Source of the DNA: the human T2T-CHM13v2.0 reference genome, Homo sapiens
Length of the DNA stretch: 64,000 nt
Reading direction: 5' to 3' (one strand)
Assembly: GCF_009914755.1 (NCBI RefSeq)
Contig: NC_060930.1
A program made the position numbers and the translations under genes. The notes under the pieces are model-generated. The model saw nothing but the letters and a program-made list of their open reading frames with translations, ran no database searches and was not told where the DNA came from. Positions 39,084 through 54,848 of the stretch are shown one piece after another; positions within the stretch are counted from its first letter, which is position 1, and every line of letters begins with the position of its first letter.

Positions 39084-39841
39084 GTAGGGATGTGTGCCAC
39101 TTGCTGCTGTCACCTATCAGAAAGGAACATCAACCCTGTAGTCTGCAAAGGGAAAGAAAGAAGGACTGTGGAGTTGTTGACTTACCCTTTCATTCTGAAC
39201 ATGTTCATTGAATTTATACCAGCACTGTCCAAAAGGAATACAGTGAGGCACAAAGGCCGAGTGCATGTACAATTGCAAATTTTCAAAAAAAATTAAATTT
39301 TACTTTTTATTTTAAAAAGTAAAAAGAAACATGAAATAAATTTGTATACTATATTTTGTTTCGCCCCAAATAATCAAATATGAATATTTAAATACTTAGT
39401 TAATATACCATATTACCAATGAGATAGTCAACATTTTGAAATTTTAAATCTTCATAATCCTGTGTGTATTTTACACTTACAGCTCATTTCAGTTGGAACT
39501 AGCTAGTGGATATGTGTCCTATTGCACGGCTCAAGTTTACAGTACACTCAGGCACAGCACTAGATTGGGAAATCGAGGAAAATCCCCTCAAGGGCACAGG
39601 GTGGACAGAGGGTGCTCAGGGCAGGTTCCTCAGGGTTTCCTTCATGAAGCAGAAGCACACTTTATAGTTACTGCTCCCAGGGGTGCTGTCGACTAGCCAC
39701 AGCTACTGGTCCCCAGATTTCTCAGCCCAAAGAGACCCTATGGCCATGGAAAAAATAAGTTTGTCCCTAGAATATCTGCTTCCTTTCTTGCCTTAGAGAT
39801 GTGATGGCTGGTGTCTTTGTCTGACTCTACCCCTTTGTTGA

Positions 39842-40459
<618 letters not shown>

Positions 40460-40530
40460 TGAGCAGGGGAAAATGGTCAGTCTCGGAAGAGAAGTCTTAT
40501 ACCTGCCTTAGGATTGAACTGTGCACTTCT

Positions 40531-40623
40531 TTTGGGTTTTTTTTTTCTTTTTGAGACAGAGTCTTGCTCTGTTGTACCCTCGCTGGCACGATCTTGTCTC
40601 ACTGCAACCTCTGCCTCCCAGGT
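40531..40623 (-). mobile_element. Severely 5'-truncated Alu, BTN2A1-specific
   Basis: Poly-T plus Alu 3' end; TSD TGCACTTCT at 40522-40530 and 40624-40632; empty site at about 3960-3968. Confidence 0.88.
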
Positions 40624-41011
40624 TGCACTTCTGAGAGTGAGAGGAGACACTGTCAATAATTGTTCCAAGACAACTGGAATAAACTGATTACCCAGAGAAC
40701 TACAACATATCAAATCTTATTTCTTGATAAATATTAATCTTTACTTCATCTTTCCCAAAATGCTGATTGCAGAGAGAGTGACTTATTGTAAATAGATGGT
40801 TTTATTAAACCAAGACGAAATACAGAAGCAAAATTATATATAGTTCCTGCTAACTCCATAGAGAAAGACTACGAATTTCGCTGGGAGGTAATAGGGAAGC
40901 CTTCCACATAAAAATGCATTTAAACTGGGATTTCTAGGAATTTGTTAAAATGACATTAAGTGATTACTTCAGTTTTGGGGTTAGTGTATTATGCTTTAAA
41001 AGATATATTTG

Positions 41012-41318
41012 GGCTGGGCGTGGTGGCTCATACCTGTAATACGAGCACTTTGGGAGGCAGAGGCAGGTGGATTACTTGAGGCCAGGAGTTCGAGACCAGC
41101 CTGGCCAGCATGGTGCAACCCCATCTCTACTAAAAATACAGAAACATTAGCCAGGCTTTGTGGAGTGTGCCTGTAATCTGAGCTTCTTGGGAGGCTGAGG
41201 CACAAGAATTGCTTGAACCCAGGAGGCAGAGGTTGCAGGGAGCCGAGATCTTACCACATCACTCCAGCCTGGGCGACAGAGCAAGACTCTGTATCAAAAA
41301 TTAAACAACAACAAAAAA
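41012..41318 (+). mobile_element. Alu, BTN2A1-specific
   Basis: TSD AAAAGATATATTTG; empty site at about 4630-4643. Confidence 0.92.
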
Positions 41319-41887
41319 GATATATTTGAGGACTGAAAAAGCCTTTAAGGTGCAGGATAATCTGTGGTGGCATTTCACTCCATCAGACCAGACAGAGGAG
41401 GTGAGGACTAGGGAATTGGGTCTTTCCCTGGGGGCCTCAAATCATAACAGGTAGGAGACCCCATCTTTGCTACACACAAAGGCAACCTTGCATCTGATTA
41501 AAGCAGAATATCATGGAAGGAGGGTTTCTTGACCCTGCATCATGACTGTGTTCATAGCAGCACTCCAGGGTTGACCAGTTATGGTTTCTGCGCGGCAGGA
41601 ATCTGCCATTCTTTGCCTATAAAACTGACAGTGGCCTGGCCTTTCCCACTCTGAATTGGATTGCTTAGGACTTTTTGTTTGTTTGTTCATTGTATTCTCT
41701 TTGTTAGGTTGGTTGGTGGCTGATTTTGCCCTTAAATCTATTTTGTCATGCTTGCCTGTATTGAACCTCATAGAATGTTTTGAAGAATTTCGTTTTCCAA
41801 TTTGCTGAGTTATTTTAATTCTTATTCCACTGAGCCTTTAAATGTACAAGTAGTTTTATCTCTTGATAAAAATTAAAGTGACCCTGG

Positions 41888-42412
41888 GCCAAGTGCAGTG
41901 ATTCATGCCTGTAATCCTAGCATTTTGGGAGGCCAAGGCGGGTGGGTCACCCGAGGTCAGGCGCTGGAGACCAGCCTGGCCAACATGGTGAAACCCCGTC
42001 TTTACTAAAATTACAAAAAGTATCCAGGCATGGTGGCACATGCCTGTAGTCCCAGCTACTTGGGAGGCTGAGGCCAGAGAATCACTTGAATTCAGGTGGC
42101 CTAGGTTGCAATGAGCTGAGATCCTACCATTTCACTCTAGCCTGGGCTACAGAGCAAGACTCTGTCTAAAAAATAAATAAATAAATAAATAAATAAAAAT
42201 AAGCCTGGGCAACATGGCAAAATCCAGTCTCTACAAAAAGATACAAAAAAAAAGTAGCTGGGCATGGTGGCACATGCCTGTAGTCTCAGCTACTTGGGAG
42301 GCTGAGGTGGGAGGATCACCTGACCCTCAGAAGTCGAGGATGCAGTGAGCCATGATCATGCTTCTGCATTCCAGCCCAGGCGATAGAGTGAGACTGTGTC
42401 AAAAAAAAAAAA
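41888..42412 (+). mobile_element. Tandem Alus (younger full Alu 41888-42200 plus the shared truncated Alu)
   Basis: Two same-orientation Alu bodies; only the second has a counterpart, at 5193. Confidence 0.85.
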
Positions 42413-43614
42413 TTTTTTTTTTATTAAATTGAGCCAAAGCACCAGACTTAAGTTATTGATTTAATTTCCTGTCTTTGGTAAAATTCTTTGGGAGACTTTA
42501 CAAAGGAATTACTCAGAAGAAGTTTAGATGGTCACACATGGCTGAAAGGTCTCCCAGGACCACGCTTTTGCAGCTCTTTCATACCTGGTGTTCACTCTTA
42601 TGGAAGATTCATTTAAAGATGGATTGTAGTTAGGGTGAGTCTAGTTTCTTAGGATTTTTGGTGATGATCTCTGATATTGAAAAAGTGGTATGGTTATCTT
42701 AGTCCCTGGATCATCCAGATCTTTCTAATAAGTTGATGTTCTCCAAGTACTATAAGAAAATCACCCAGCCTGGGCAACATGTTAGCCAAGAATGGTGGAA
42801 AATGCCTGTAATCCTAGCTAGTTGGGAGACTGAAGCAGGAGGATCTCTTGAGCCCAGGAGTACAAGGCACAGTGAGCTATGATTTTGCCACTGCACTCCA
42901 ACCTGGACAGCAGAGCTAAAACCCTGTCCCTAAAACAACAAAAGCAATACTGCCTAATGGATGGAGCCTCTGGGAGGTAAACAGTGTGAATTAGGATTAG
43001 AGTTGGATTTGCAGGCTAGATCTGTCAAGTCTCCTAAAAACCATCACCTCCTATGGGTGGTAGAAAGCGGTGGTTATGTGAAGTTCTGAACTAGACAGAA
43101 GGGTCAATGTCTTTGGATCAAAAGGTTTCTTAGGATTCTGCCCGCCTGGCAGACTTTCGTCCTTCTCGTTATTATTCTAGAGCTTCTGGAAGCTGAGGTC
43201 TACTGAGAAGTCGTCCCAGAAGCAGAAAGTGAAATCCAAAACCTGCCTGTTTGAAGTTGGAGTCGACACACCCATCTCAAAGTGAGAAAATTAGTCTGGC
43301 AGGATAAATTGAACAAGCATTTATGGCAGACAGATAGATGCTTGGTGCTGTGATGGGGCCTATAGGTGGACCGCAAAGAAAAGGGTGCAATGGGATCCTT
43401 TCCTCTTAGAGAGCTCACAGTTTATGTGGCCCATTGGCCTGCTGGTGTTCTCCAACATCAATGTTCTTTCTTCCTTCCCCTCATCCTTTTTTTCTTCCTT
43501 CCTATTTCTTGTTTCCTATCTCCCTCTTTTTTACCTTTACTTTCTAGCTTCACAGAAGAGATGCAATAGGCACAGAAGAGATGCAAAAGGCACTGACTTT
43601 TGCCTGAACCCTGA

Positions 43615-43911
<297 letters not shown>

Positions 43912-44130
43912 TAGTTCTCTGCCCTCTGAGACTCGTCGAGTGCATGGGGGATCCTCAGCACACAGATGGAGCCCAGAACGGGGATGGGGGCAGCAGTGTG
44001 GGTGAAATAGTCCTGGGCCCTAAGGACCTGGAGGCTGCAGCTGAGTGAAGCCTTTCCGCTTCTCACAAAAGGAGAATCAAAGTGTCCCAAAACTCAGGAG
44101 TAGGAGCCTCTTCTCTGAGGGTAAACCTGT

Positions 44131-44161
44131 TTTTGTTGTTGTTGTTGTTGTTGTTGTTGTT
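44131..44161. repeat. (GTT)n microsatellite
   Basis: About 9 TTG units; the paralogous site at 7120-7133 is plain poly-T. Confidence 0.92.
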
Positions 44162-44195
44162 TTTCCCCCCAATAAGGTCCTTACACTGCTGCAAT

Positions 44196-44485
44196 TTTTT
44201 TTTAAGACAAGTTCTTGCTCTGTCACACAGGCTAGCATGCAGTGGCACAATCTTGGCTCACTGCAACCTCCTCCTCCCAGGTTCAAGCAATTCTCATACC
44301 TCAGCCTCCCGAAGGCTAGGACTACAGGCACACGCCACCACACCCGGCTAATTTTTGTATTTTTAGTAGAGATGGGGATTTCACCTTGTTGACCAGGCTG
44401 TTCTCGAACTCCTGACCTCAAGTGATCCACCTGCCTCAGCCTTCCAAAGTGCTAGGATTACAGGCGTGAGCCACCATACCCGGCC
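44196..44485 (-). mobile_element. Alu, BTN2A1-specific
   Basis: TSD GCAATTTTT; empty site at about 7156-7165. Confidence 0.9.
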
Positions 44486-45324
44486 AGCAATTTTTAGACA
44501 TTGAAAACAACCATAACATATGGAGGGTGGTGTGGATAAGTGACTCTCTACACTTGGTGTTCCTGTATGCTGTAGCCATCCCTTCCTGTGCAGGGGATTT
44601 TCCACAGGACAGAGCTGTGGAAATTCCCTATAGACACACACTCACAATTCATTCAACAAATGGTCAAGAAGCATATCGTATGTTCAAAACACTGTTCTAC
44701 CAAGGGTAAATCATTGAACAAATTATATTAAGAACTCTTCCCTCAAAAAGTGATTAGTTAGCTAACCATATATTCTATCAGATGGTAATGAACATCTATA
44801 GGAAACATTAAGCAAGGAAGGAATAAAGAGGCAATGTGAGACATTGCAATTCTTAACAGAATGGTCAGGGAAGACTTCACTGTAAAGATGGGAATTGAGC
44901 CATCCCATCTGATGGCAAGGAGTCATCAGATGCTTAAGGACTGAGCAACCCAGCTACAGGAAGAGCATATGCAAAGGGCCTGGGGAAGGAACATCTCTGG
45001 CAGTTTCCAGGACCCCCAGAAGGTGATGCTGGTGTGGCTGAAATGGAGTGAGTGCAGGAAGTGAAAGGAGATGAATTCACAGAGGCAATGAAAACACATT
45101 AAACATGGCATTGTAAGCCACAAACAGTCTTTGGTTTTTAGGGCGAGTGACGTGGAAAGCGTTGGAAGGTTTTGAGCTAAGAAGTATCATGATCACACTA
45201 GGGCTGGTCTGTTGAAAATAGACTACAGAAGGTAAGGGCAGAATAAGAAGGAGGGCACCGCAGTATTCCAGGCGTGAGTGATGGTAGCTTGAGGCAGGGT
45301 GGTGGCTGTGCCGACTCAGCATGA

Positions 45325-45801
<477 letters not shown>

Positions 45802-46336
45802 TGAGTATGGTGGCTCATGGCTTGAATCCCAGCACTGTGGGAGGCTGAGGCAGGCAGATCACTTGAGCCCTGGAGTTCGAGACCAGCCTGGGCGATAAAG
45901 TGAGACCCTGTTTAATTAAAAAAAAAAAGAAAAGAAAAAGAGTAGAAGGACAGTTCACCACCATAGAAAGGACACAGCTCTCCCAGGTACCAGCATACAG
46001 AAGAGAGAGGAAATGCACAGCAGCAGCAAGGACTTGGAACTCTCATGTCCTTGGAATGAATCTCTCAGAGCTTTCATTCTTTCACTCTGCCCACCTTGCA
46101 TTCATTCATCTGGCTACATAAAGTACTAAATGGTTGAGCAAAAGCAAGTGTAACAATGTGCTGGTACTACCCAGCCACCTGATCATACATAATTTCTGGT
46201 TTCTGACAGTGCCCTAGGCATGAGGGAAGGGAGATGTTGCTGTTCATAGAAAGGACGGTTCCTGCATTGTTTACTAAAAACCCAACTTCTTTTAGTTCTT
46301 CTGTCAAAGACATGATTTTCTTTGTTTGTTTTTCAG

Positions 46337-46357
46337 AGAAACTTCAAGAAGAATTGC
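46337..46357 (+). CDS. BTN2A1: BTN2A1 heptad micro-exon (EKLQEEL)
   Basis: 21 nt, TTTCAG| and |GTAAGT. Confidence 0.93.
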
Positions 46358-46445
46358 GTAAGTTTAGCCTTTCCTTAACTCCATGTACAATTTGAGTTCT
46401 GCTCAGCAACATCTCATGACATTCGTCTCTGTCTGTCCCTTGCAG

Positions 46446-46472
46446 GATGGAGAAGAACATTCTTACATGCTG
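46446..46472 (+). CDS. BTN2A1: BTN2A1 micro-exon (RWRRTFLHA)
   Basis: 27 nt, TGCAG| and |GTGAGT. Confidence 0.93.
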
Positions 46473-47680
46473 GTGAGTGCCTCTGATGTTCCCTCAGATC
46501 TCAGCTTTCTCCACACTAGCCAGCTAACAGGACTCCTTAGAGGAAATAAGCAAGGGGCCCAGGGCAAGGTGGGGACAGCAGGGAACGGGGGTCAGTTCAT
46601 CAACAGTGTCCCAGCAATGATGCATCATGTCTCTTCTGTCAGGGAATCCCAGCAGCTCTCAATCCACCCTATGGTTTACATCCCAGGATCCTTTATCTTT
46701 TGGAGTAATTTAATGCATGATTACCAGAGGTGTCCCATATATAGTAGCCTTCCTAAGAGTTACATTTCAGTAGTTGTTGTTCTTTGATCCTGGATGAATT
46801 TGAAAAAAGACAATGCTATCTTAGCAGCTTATATCCTGGGGATGGTGTAGACTGTGCCAAGTTGAAGACCCATGTAGGGAAGAGGCCAGGAGGGTCCCTA
46901 GTAAGCCTGACATAAGGGTGTACCAATAGGTGGCCAGAAATGCCTTTCTGCTCTTAAGAGAACACTAATACTTTGTGTATAGCCTGCCGTGGGAGGGATT
47001 TCAGGTGGGTGGGAGAGCACAGAACCCAATTGCCCACTCCCAGTGAGCACTTTTCATCTTATGATTCAGCCCCTCTGCCCATAAGCACCACAGAATCCAA
47101 GCTTTACCAGATACCATGGCACATGGACCTTTCCTCTTTAGGTGAATTTCAAAATTGCCACTGTCAACTTGGGACAAAATAGCAAATTGTCACAGCCAGA
47201 CATATTAACTTGGGGAATGGAGGAAATCATTTTAACACAATAGAAAAGTAGACTGAATAAGTAAGAATAAATACAGATGGGAGAGGTCTGCAGAATGCCC
47301 GGAGTCTGGAGCATTTCTTGTACCTACAGAAGTGATATGTGAAGACATCAGACCCATGTTGTTGAAGCAAAACTGGATGGGAATAGTTACTCCCTACATT
47401 TGCCCACAGACCCCTCAGGCAACAGGTTTTCTTTTGGGGACATTTATTCTCCTTCTTCATTTTTTGAAGGGTGCCCTTGTTAGTCATTTAAGTCAGTTGT
47501 GATCTGGTAAAAGGAACACATAGGACCAATGAAGAGACCCTTTATCCTCCAGGACAGTGTGAAGGGAAAGACTCACCTTAGTTGATCCACCGGGGAGAGG
47601 AGGAGCAGGACATAAAGCCTTTGTGCTGGTTTAAGCCAAGTTGGAAAGTTTCTAAGTAAAGAAAATCCCAGAGATCATAG

Positions 47681-47995
<315 letters not shown>

Positions 47996-48297
47996 AGAGA
48001 TCATATGTCTTGGATAGAAAAGGGAACACATCTTAGAATGCTGAGAGAAAGTATAAGAATGATTGATTTTACTTCATTTGCTAAACTTTCCGGATTTCTT
48101 AGAGCTCCAATTCTTCTCAAACTGAGAGAACTGCTTCTGTCTCTGGAGAGACAGAAGTGCAGCTTCAGTAATTCTCAGTGTGTGAGCTGCCTAGGATCAG
48201 AGAGCCTTCATGGAAGTGGCCACTACGTGGGGATCCCTTCAGAGATATCTGAGACCTCTCTGGGGATCAGGAACCACACAATCCCCAGGGTTCCTGA

Positions 48298-48933
<636 letters not shown>

Positions 48934-49998
48934 AATCAATTCCTTGGTCTCACAGCCATGTAGACAAGCCCTGGTCATCTCAGCAGCCACCGCACAACAC
49001 CCCTGGTGGAAGACACGCCCTCCTCCCCTCTGGTCACACAAGAGAACATCTTCCAGCTGCCTCTTTCACACCCACTACAGACCTCAGCCCCAGTTTTCTC
49101 CTCCTCACTAGGCTGTGTTTTTAGTAGTTCCTTTGCTTGTAACTATGGGATGGGATCCAGGCATAGGGAACTAGTTGTTACACAGCTCCCAGCCAAGAAG
49201 AAAGTGTGAGAAGTTGATGGGCAGCAAACCTGCTGTTTAACATCAGGGTGACCACATTAAGCCCAGTATTCCAGTTGGCACCAGAAGATATGGACTTGGA
49301 ATGAGGCCTACAGGGTTCACCAGGATGTAAGAGGAGAGAGGAATCCACAGGACCACCAGAGAGGAGAGGGAACCAGATATGCAGATCAGAGATAGAGGAA
49401 GTGGAACCAGAGAGCTGGGAGGGACCAAGGTTGTAAGGGTGGCTAAGTCCCACCATAACAGCTAAGGGGACCTGGGAGATGATGGCTCATTTCCACCCAG
49501 CCCCAGGATTTCCAGAGCGCACATCCACAGGCCTGGACCTGGGATGAAGATGAATGAAGAACATGGATGCACGTGGATGTAGTTTGGCTCAGGTGTCCCT
49601 GCAGTTGGCAAGGAGTCAGTACTCAGTCCCTGAGTGTGGCTGAAATTTGAGGTCCTGGCTGAGCCAAGGAGTAATGGACCAGATCTACCTCAGTATTCAA
49701 GTTCAGTGGGGACACCAGTGGCTTCAAACTTCCTGGTTTCATGATATCTTGAGACGCCTTACAAATGATGGAGGATTCCAAAGAGTTTTTGTTTATTTGG
49801 GTTAATATTTGTTGGTATTTATGGCATTTGAGATTGAAACTAAGAAATGTTTTAATTTATTACCTTTACAACATTTATTTACATTACATACATACATTTA
49901 CAACATTTATTAATTTATATTAAAATAGCATGAATAAGCCAATTATAGGTTAATATAAGTAGAATGTTTGTGAAAAATAAGTATGGTATCCAAAGCAA

Positions 49999-50004
49999 AA
50001 TAAA
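49999..50004 (+). terminator. BTN2A1 poly(A) signal
   Basis: AATAAA about 1.07 kb after the stop, followed by TTTTATTGTG..GTGTG. Confidence 0.65.
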
Positions 50005-50242
50005 TTTTATTGTGAAGTGTGGCATTGATTAACTTTTTCCAGATCTAATGTGTGGCTTGAAAGAATATGACTGGATTCTCATATCTGCCTTTATACTCAC
50101 TCTGTTGAGATATCATAGACTATATAGGCTCAAGAAAACTTTATCCTAGTGACAGAATGAGATTAAAAACAACAAACTGTGTTTTATTATTAATATGAAA
50201 ATACGATTATTAACCTTGCAGGCCCCTTAAAACAGTTCTGGT

Positions 50243-50738
50243 TAACTGAGACCTTGTCTCTACCAAAAACAAACAAAAAAAATTAGGTGTGGTAGCGCAC
50301 GCCTGTAGTCCCTGCTTCAGGAGACTAAAAAGACTAACTCCAACTCCTTGCTTGAGCCAGGAGTTGGAGTTTGCAATGAGCTGTGATCCTGCCATTGCAC
50401 TCCAGCCTAGGCAACAGAGTGAGACTCTGCCTCAAAAAACCAAAACACAGGTCGGGCACGGTGGCTCACGCCTGTAATCCCAGCACTTTAGGAAGCCGAG
50501 GTGGGTGGATCACCTGAGGTCAGGAGTTCAAGACCAGCCTGGTCAACATGGCAAAACCCCATCTCACTAAAAATACAAAAATTAGCCAGGCATGGTGGCG
50601 GGCACCTATAATCCCAGCTACTCAGGAGGCTGAGACAGGGAATCCTTGAACCCCAGTGGGGTGGAGGTTGCAGTGAGCCAAGATCGTGCTGCTTCACTCC
50701 AGCCTGGGTGAAAGAGTGAAACTCCCGTCTCAAACAAA
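50243..50738 (+). mobile_element. Two tandem Alus (partial plus full)
   Basis: Alu motifs at 50243-50445 and 50450-50738. Confidence 0.85.
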
Positions 50739-50838
50739 GAGGGGGAGGGAACTTATGTCAGAGACCCCCCCCACCCCACCCCAGGAATCCTGAAACCATA
50801 TTTGAGAGTTGGGATAGAGGATTCGGGAAGTAAATCAA

Positions 50839-51388
50839 TGTGATGGTTAATTTTAGGTGTCAACTTGATTGGGTTAAGGAATACCTAGACAACTGATGGA
50901 GCATTATTTCTGGATGTGTCTCTGAGGGTGTTTCCAGGGGAGACTGGTATGTGAGTCAGTGGACTGAGTGGAAGAGATCTGCCATCAATATCTTTGGGCA
51001 CCTTCCAATCAGCTGTGGGCCCAACAGAGCAAAAGGCAGAGGAAAGGTGAATTCTCTCTCTCTCTCTGTCTCTCTGGAACACTCTTCTCTTGCTCTTCAA
51101 TATCACAACTCCAGGCTCTCCGGCCTTTGGTCTTTGGGACTTATACCAGTGGCCCTGAGGTTCTCAGGCCTTGGGTCTTTGGACTGAGTTACGCCATCAG
51201 CTTGGTTCTGAGGCTGTCACACTTTGACTGAGCCATGCTGCCAGAATCTCAGGGTCTCCAGCTTGCAGATGGCCCGTCATGGGATTTCTCAGGCTACATA
51301 ATTGCATGAGTCAATTCCCTTAATAAATGCCCTCTCATGTCTGTATCCCCTATTGGTTCTGTCTCTCTGGAGAACCCTGACTGAAACG
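50839..51388 (+). mobile_element. MLT2 solo LTR (paralogue of 12992-13520)
   Basis: TGTGATGGTTAATTTTAGGTGTCAACTTG...CTCTGGAGAACCCTGACT; flanks ATCAA/ATCAG. Confidence 0.82.
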
Positions 51389-51829
51389 ATCAGGCATCTA
51401 AAATGCTGGCTTAAATGATAGTGTTTTGGATTTTAGACAACTCAGTAATCCAGTTGTAAAACTGGGTTGAACAAAAAGCTTTTTAAACAGTCTGAAATTA
51501 TATTACTGAAATTACAAATGACACATTATGGGAAGAATCAGGAACATATATTTAAATACCTGATTTGTTAAGGCAGAAAACAGGGTTGTTTATGTGCATG
51601 TTTTAGTCTGCCCAGACAGCTATGACAAATATACCAAGACTGAGTCGTTTATAAACAACCAAAATTTTTTTTCTTGCACTCTGGGGGCTGGGAAATGTAA
51701 GACCAAGGCACCAGCAGTTTGGTAACTGGTAAGAGCCTGCATCCTTGTTCACAGCCTTTTAAATGTGTCCTCATATGGCAAAGGAGAAAAGTAGATCTTT
51801 GGTTTTTGTCCCAAGAAACTGGAAAGATG

Positions 51830-52072
51830 GGCCGGGCACGGTGGCTCACGCCCGTCATCCCAGCACTTTGGGAGGCCAAGGCAGGTGGATCACTTAAGGT
51901 GAGGAGTTCGTGAACAGCCTGGCCAACATGGTAAAACCCTGTCTGTACTAAAACCCAGAAGGTGGAGGTTGCAGTGCACCACTGCACTCTAGCCTGAGTG
52001 GCAGAGTGAGACTCTCAAAAAAGAAAAGAGAGAGAAGGAAGGAAGGAAAGGAAGGAAGGAAGGAAGGAAGGA
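51830..52072 (+). mobile_element. Internally deleted Alu with a (GGAA)n tail
   Basis: Alu left arm joined to the 3' end; GGAA repeat at about 52035-52072. Confidence 0.8.
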
Positions 52073-52966
52073 AAAGTAACTGGAAAGATGAAGTTGTTAA
52101 TTTCTGAGATGGGGAAACGGAGAGACAAGGAGCAAGACGGGAGTGGTGCAGAACCAAAGGTTCAGTTGTGGATACATTAAGGTTGAGGAGTCTATATTAG
52201 AGATGCACATGGAGATGCAGAGTAGTCCATTGAATAACCAAGAGTCCAGGTGAGACCTCAAGGCTGGAGATAGAGATTCCATACTCAACTTTCCTATATG
52301 TTTGAAGAGTTTCATGATACACTGTAGTGGGTAGAGGGAAGAATTGTATTTTGTTATTAATAACAGTCCTGAATATCATTGGCTTTGACAAAATGAGGAC
52401 TTCTTTTCATGTCAATAAATATGGATGGTGGCCATCAAGGGCTGATCTGAGAGCTTGAAATGTCATACATGCCCCAGCTTAGTTCTGTCTTTATTTTCTT
52501 CTGTCTTAGCATGTGGCTTGCATCTTCAATGTTGCCTCATGGTCACAAAAGGGCTGCCCAGCTCCAAAGTCCATATTCTAGATAAGAGGAAGTAGAAAGT
52601 AAGGGGAGTGTAAGGGTCTACCAGCTGTTTTAGCCTCCCCTTAAATAATCTGTCTGATAAACTTCCACCCTCAAGCAATTGGCTCAAACTTAGTCCCTTG
52701 GCTTCCCCTGTCTACAAATGAGATGGACACCTTGCAATAAGAAAATGGGATTTTATTACTGAGAAAAGTAGATCTGTTATTGAACAAGCAGCCAGCCAAC
52801 TCTACCACAGGGCCTAAATTCAAACTGTTGTAGTATCATTTTCTACCAGCCAAGGTTTCAGCTAAGTCCTAGGAGTTTTAATTACTTTAAGGGTCTGTTT
52901 TATAACATAAACAAATGATAGGCCTTTATATTTTATTTGTGACCCAACTAAAGTTGCAAGTGCTAG

Positions 52967-53603
52967 TGATACAGGATTTTTATTTGTCACTTTGCAAGCA
53001 GGGGACCTCTGGCCAGCAACACCCCACCCAAGCCTCGCTTGGCTAAACTGGCATGCCCCAGCTCACCTGTGTTATAGCTTATACCCACGTTCAGCAGTTC
53101 CTGAGCTCTTGTACCATGCCCAAGAAGAATGAGGATACACTAGACGTTGAAGGGTGAGGAGGGCTGAGAAGAATTTTATCAAGCGACTGAACAGCTCTCA
53201 GCAGAGAGGGGATGCTGGCACCCCTACCTGAAGGCAGGAAAGCTCCCCCTGTGTGGCTGGGTCCAGGCCTGTTTTATGGACTCAGAATGGGAAGTGTGTG
53301 CTGAATGGTTTGTGAGTATGCAAAAAAGGTTAAAGTGAAGACACCACTCAAAGATGGCCACAACAGTGTAAAAAAACAATTAGGAAAGTGTGGGTATATG
53401 GAAAGTAGTTGAAGGGTGGGGACCAATCAGAGGAAAGTGCACCAAACAGGAAGACAAGTTCTCAACAAGTTCTCAATTTGGGCTGAGGATTTACCTTGTA
53501 GTTTGGCTTTCAGGCTTTAAACTGTCTTCAGCTTGGAGGTGGGGTATCACTGGGGACCCATTGCTACCTGCCTAGGCATCTGACTGCCTCCTGTCTGCTA
53601 TCA
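52967..53603 (-). mobile_element. ERV1 solo LTR, MER52-like
   Basis: TG...CA ends with 4-bp TSD CTAG at 52963-52966 and 53604-53607. The reverse strand starts TGATAGCAGACAGGAGGCAGTCAGATGCCTAGGCAG. Subfamily from memory. Confidence 0.75.
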
Positions 53604-54251
53604 CTAGGTCCCAAGGTTTGTAGCAAGGACCCCTTACAAAGACATCCCCCACAGTCTACCCAAAGGTTAACCTTAGAACATATTTCATTGTCAGAGTGAG
53701 AAACAAATACACATGAAAATACAGTATGGCACAAATAAGGAGCAAGAGGTGAAGAAAGCTTCAGTCACACCCAAAATAATTTTGTGAAAAATATAAAATA
53801 TGCAGTTATAGACAGCACTAACTCTGGATACCAGAAAATTCTATAATTCGGTAATGGATCTGAGACCTGAATTTTGGAGGTACTAAAATAGATGCAATAG
53901 ATCTAGTTTTCATTATGTTCATACTTTCATTTGGCTCTGTGGTAAAAGATGATAATATCCAAAACAAAAGATGATAATATCCTCCATGTAACAATTACAT
54001 GCAAGGGGATGTCTGCAAACTGCCACAGTATCATTTTAATTAATACCTATCTTCTCTTCTTAAAATCTTTTCATTTTTCCACTCAGTTCTCCTGATATTT
54101 CTGTTATGATATAAAAGACAGCTGAATGTGAAGAAACACTGATTGTACACGTAACACACACATTAATGATTCAAATATGTAAACACAGAGAGCTGCAAAC
54201 ACTTTGAGAGGTAGGGCTGAAACTTTTCGTCAATGTGTACAATTCAATATC

Positions 54252-54331
54252 GTTTCAGTTTTCATTCTAACCGTCCCCAGTGGCTTCTGCCCAGCAACTG
54301 ATGAGAAATGGTACCTCTGAGCCAATCAAAA
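54252..54331 (+). promoter_or_regulatory. Orphan BTN3A-type promoter module (IRF-like, X box, CCAAT)
   Basis: 54290-54308 is identical to 20801-20819 and 54313-54331 is identical to 20824-20842, with the same spacing. GTTTCAGTTTTCA lies at the IRF position. Confidence 0.75.
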
Positions 54332-54444
54332 CACGAATTCCTACAAAGAGGATTCTCTTAGTGTTTCTCGGACCGAGTGTACAGCACATGCTTTCTTTTC
54401 CTTTATTCTGGATCAGAGAATCTTAACTAAAGCAGAAATAATTG

Positions 54445-54848
54445 TGTTAAATTAAACTAAATTTGGTATGAGATATGTATACATTTAGCCTGAGGGATGG
54501 CTCTTGAGCCCTTAAATAATGAACTGCAACCTAACTTAGTATGTAAACTAACTGAAAGCTTAAGGCATGGGAGTATACTTTTGTAACAAATAGCTGAGTC
54601 TCAGCCAATCCCAGTAGCCGAACTTCAGTCGGCGGCAGTCAACCCTGCAGCCAAGTGATCAGACTATGTTCAAATAAGGCCAACTCTGAGCTGTAACCAA
54701 TTAAGCTGTTTCTGTGTGTCACTTCCCTTGTGGAATGGAGCTCACTGAACCTCTCTGATGGCTGCCCGATCGTTCTGATGGTTTGCAAATTGTTCTTTGT
54801 TCAAATTAAACCCTGCTAAATTTAATTTGTCTAAAGTTTTTATTAACA
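54445..54848 (+). mobile_element. ERV1 solo LTR (MER57/MER4-group-like) inserted in the orphan exon 1
   Basis: TGTTAAATTAAAC...TTTGTCTAAAGTTTTTATTAACA with several CCAAT motifs. BTN3A3 exon 1 homology stops before it and resumes after it. Confidence 0.7.
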
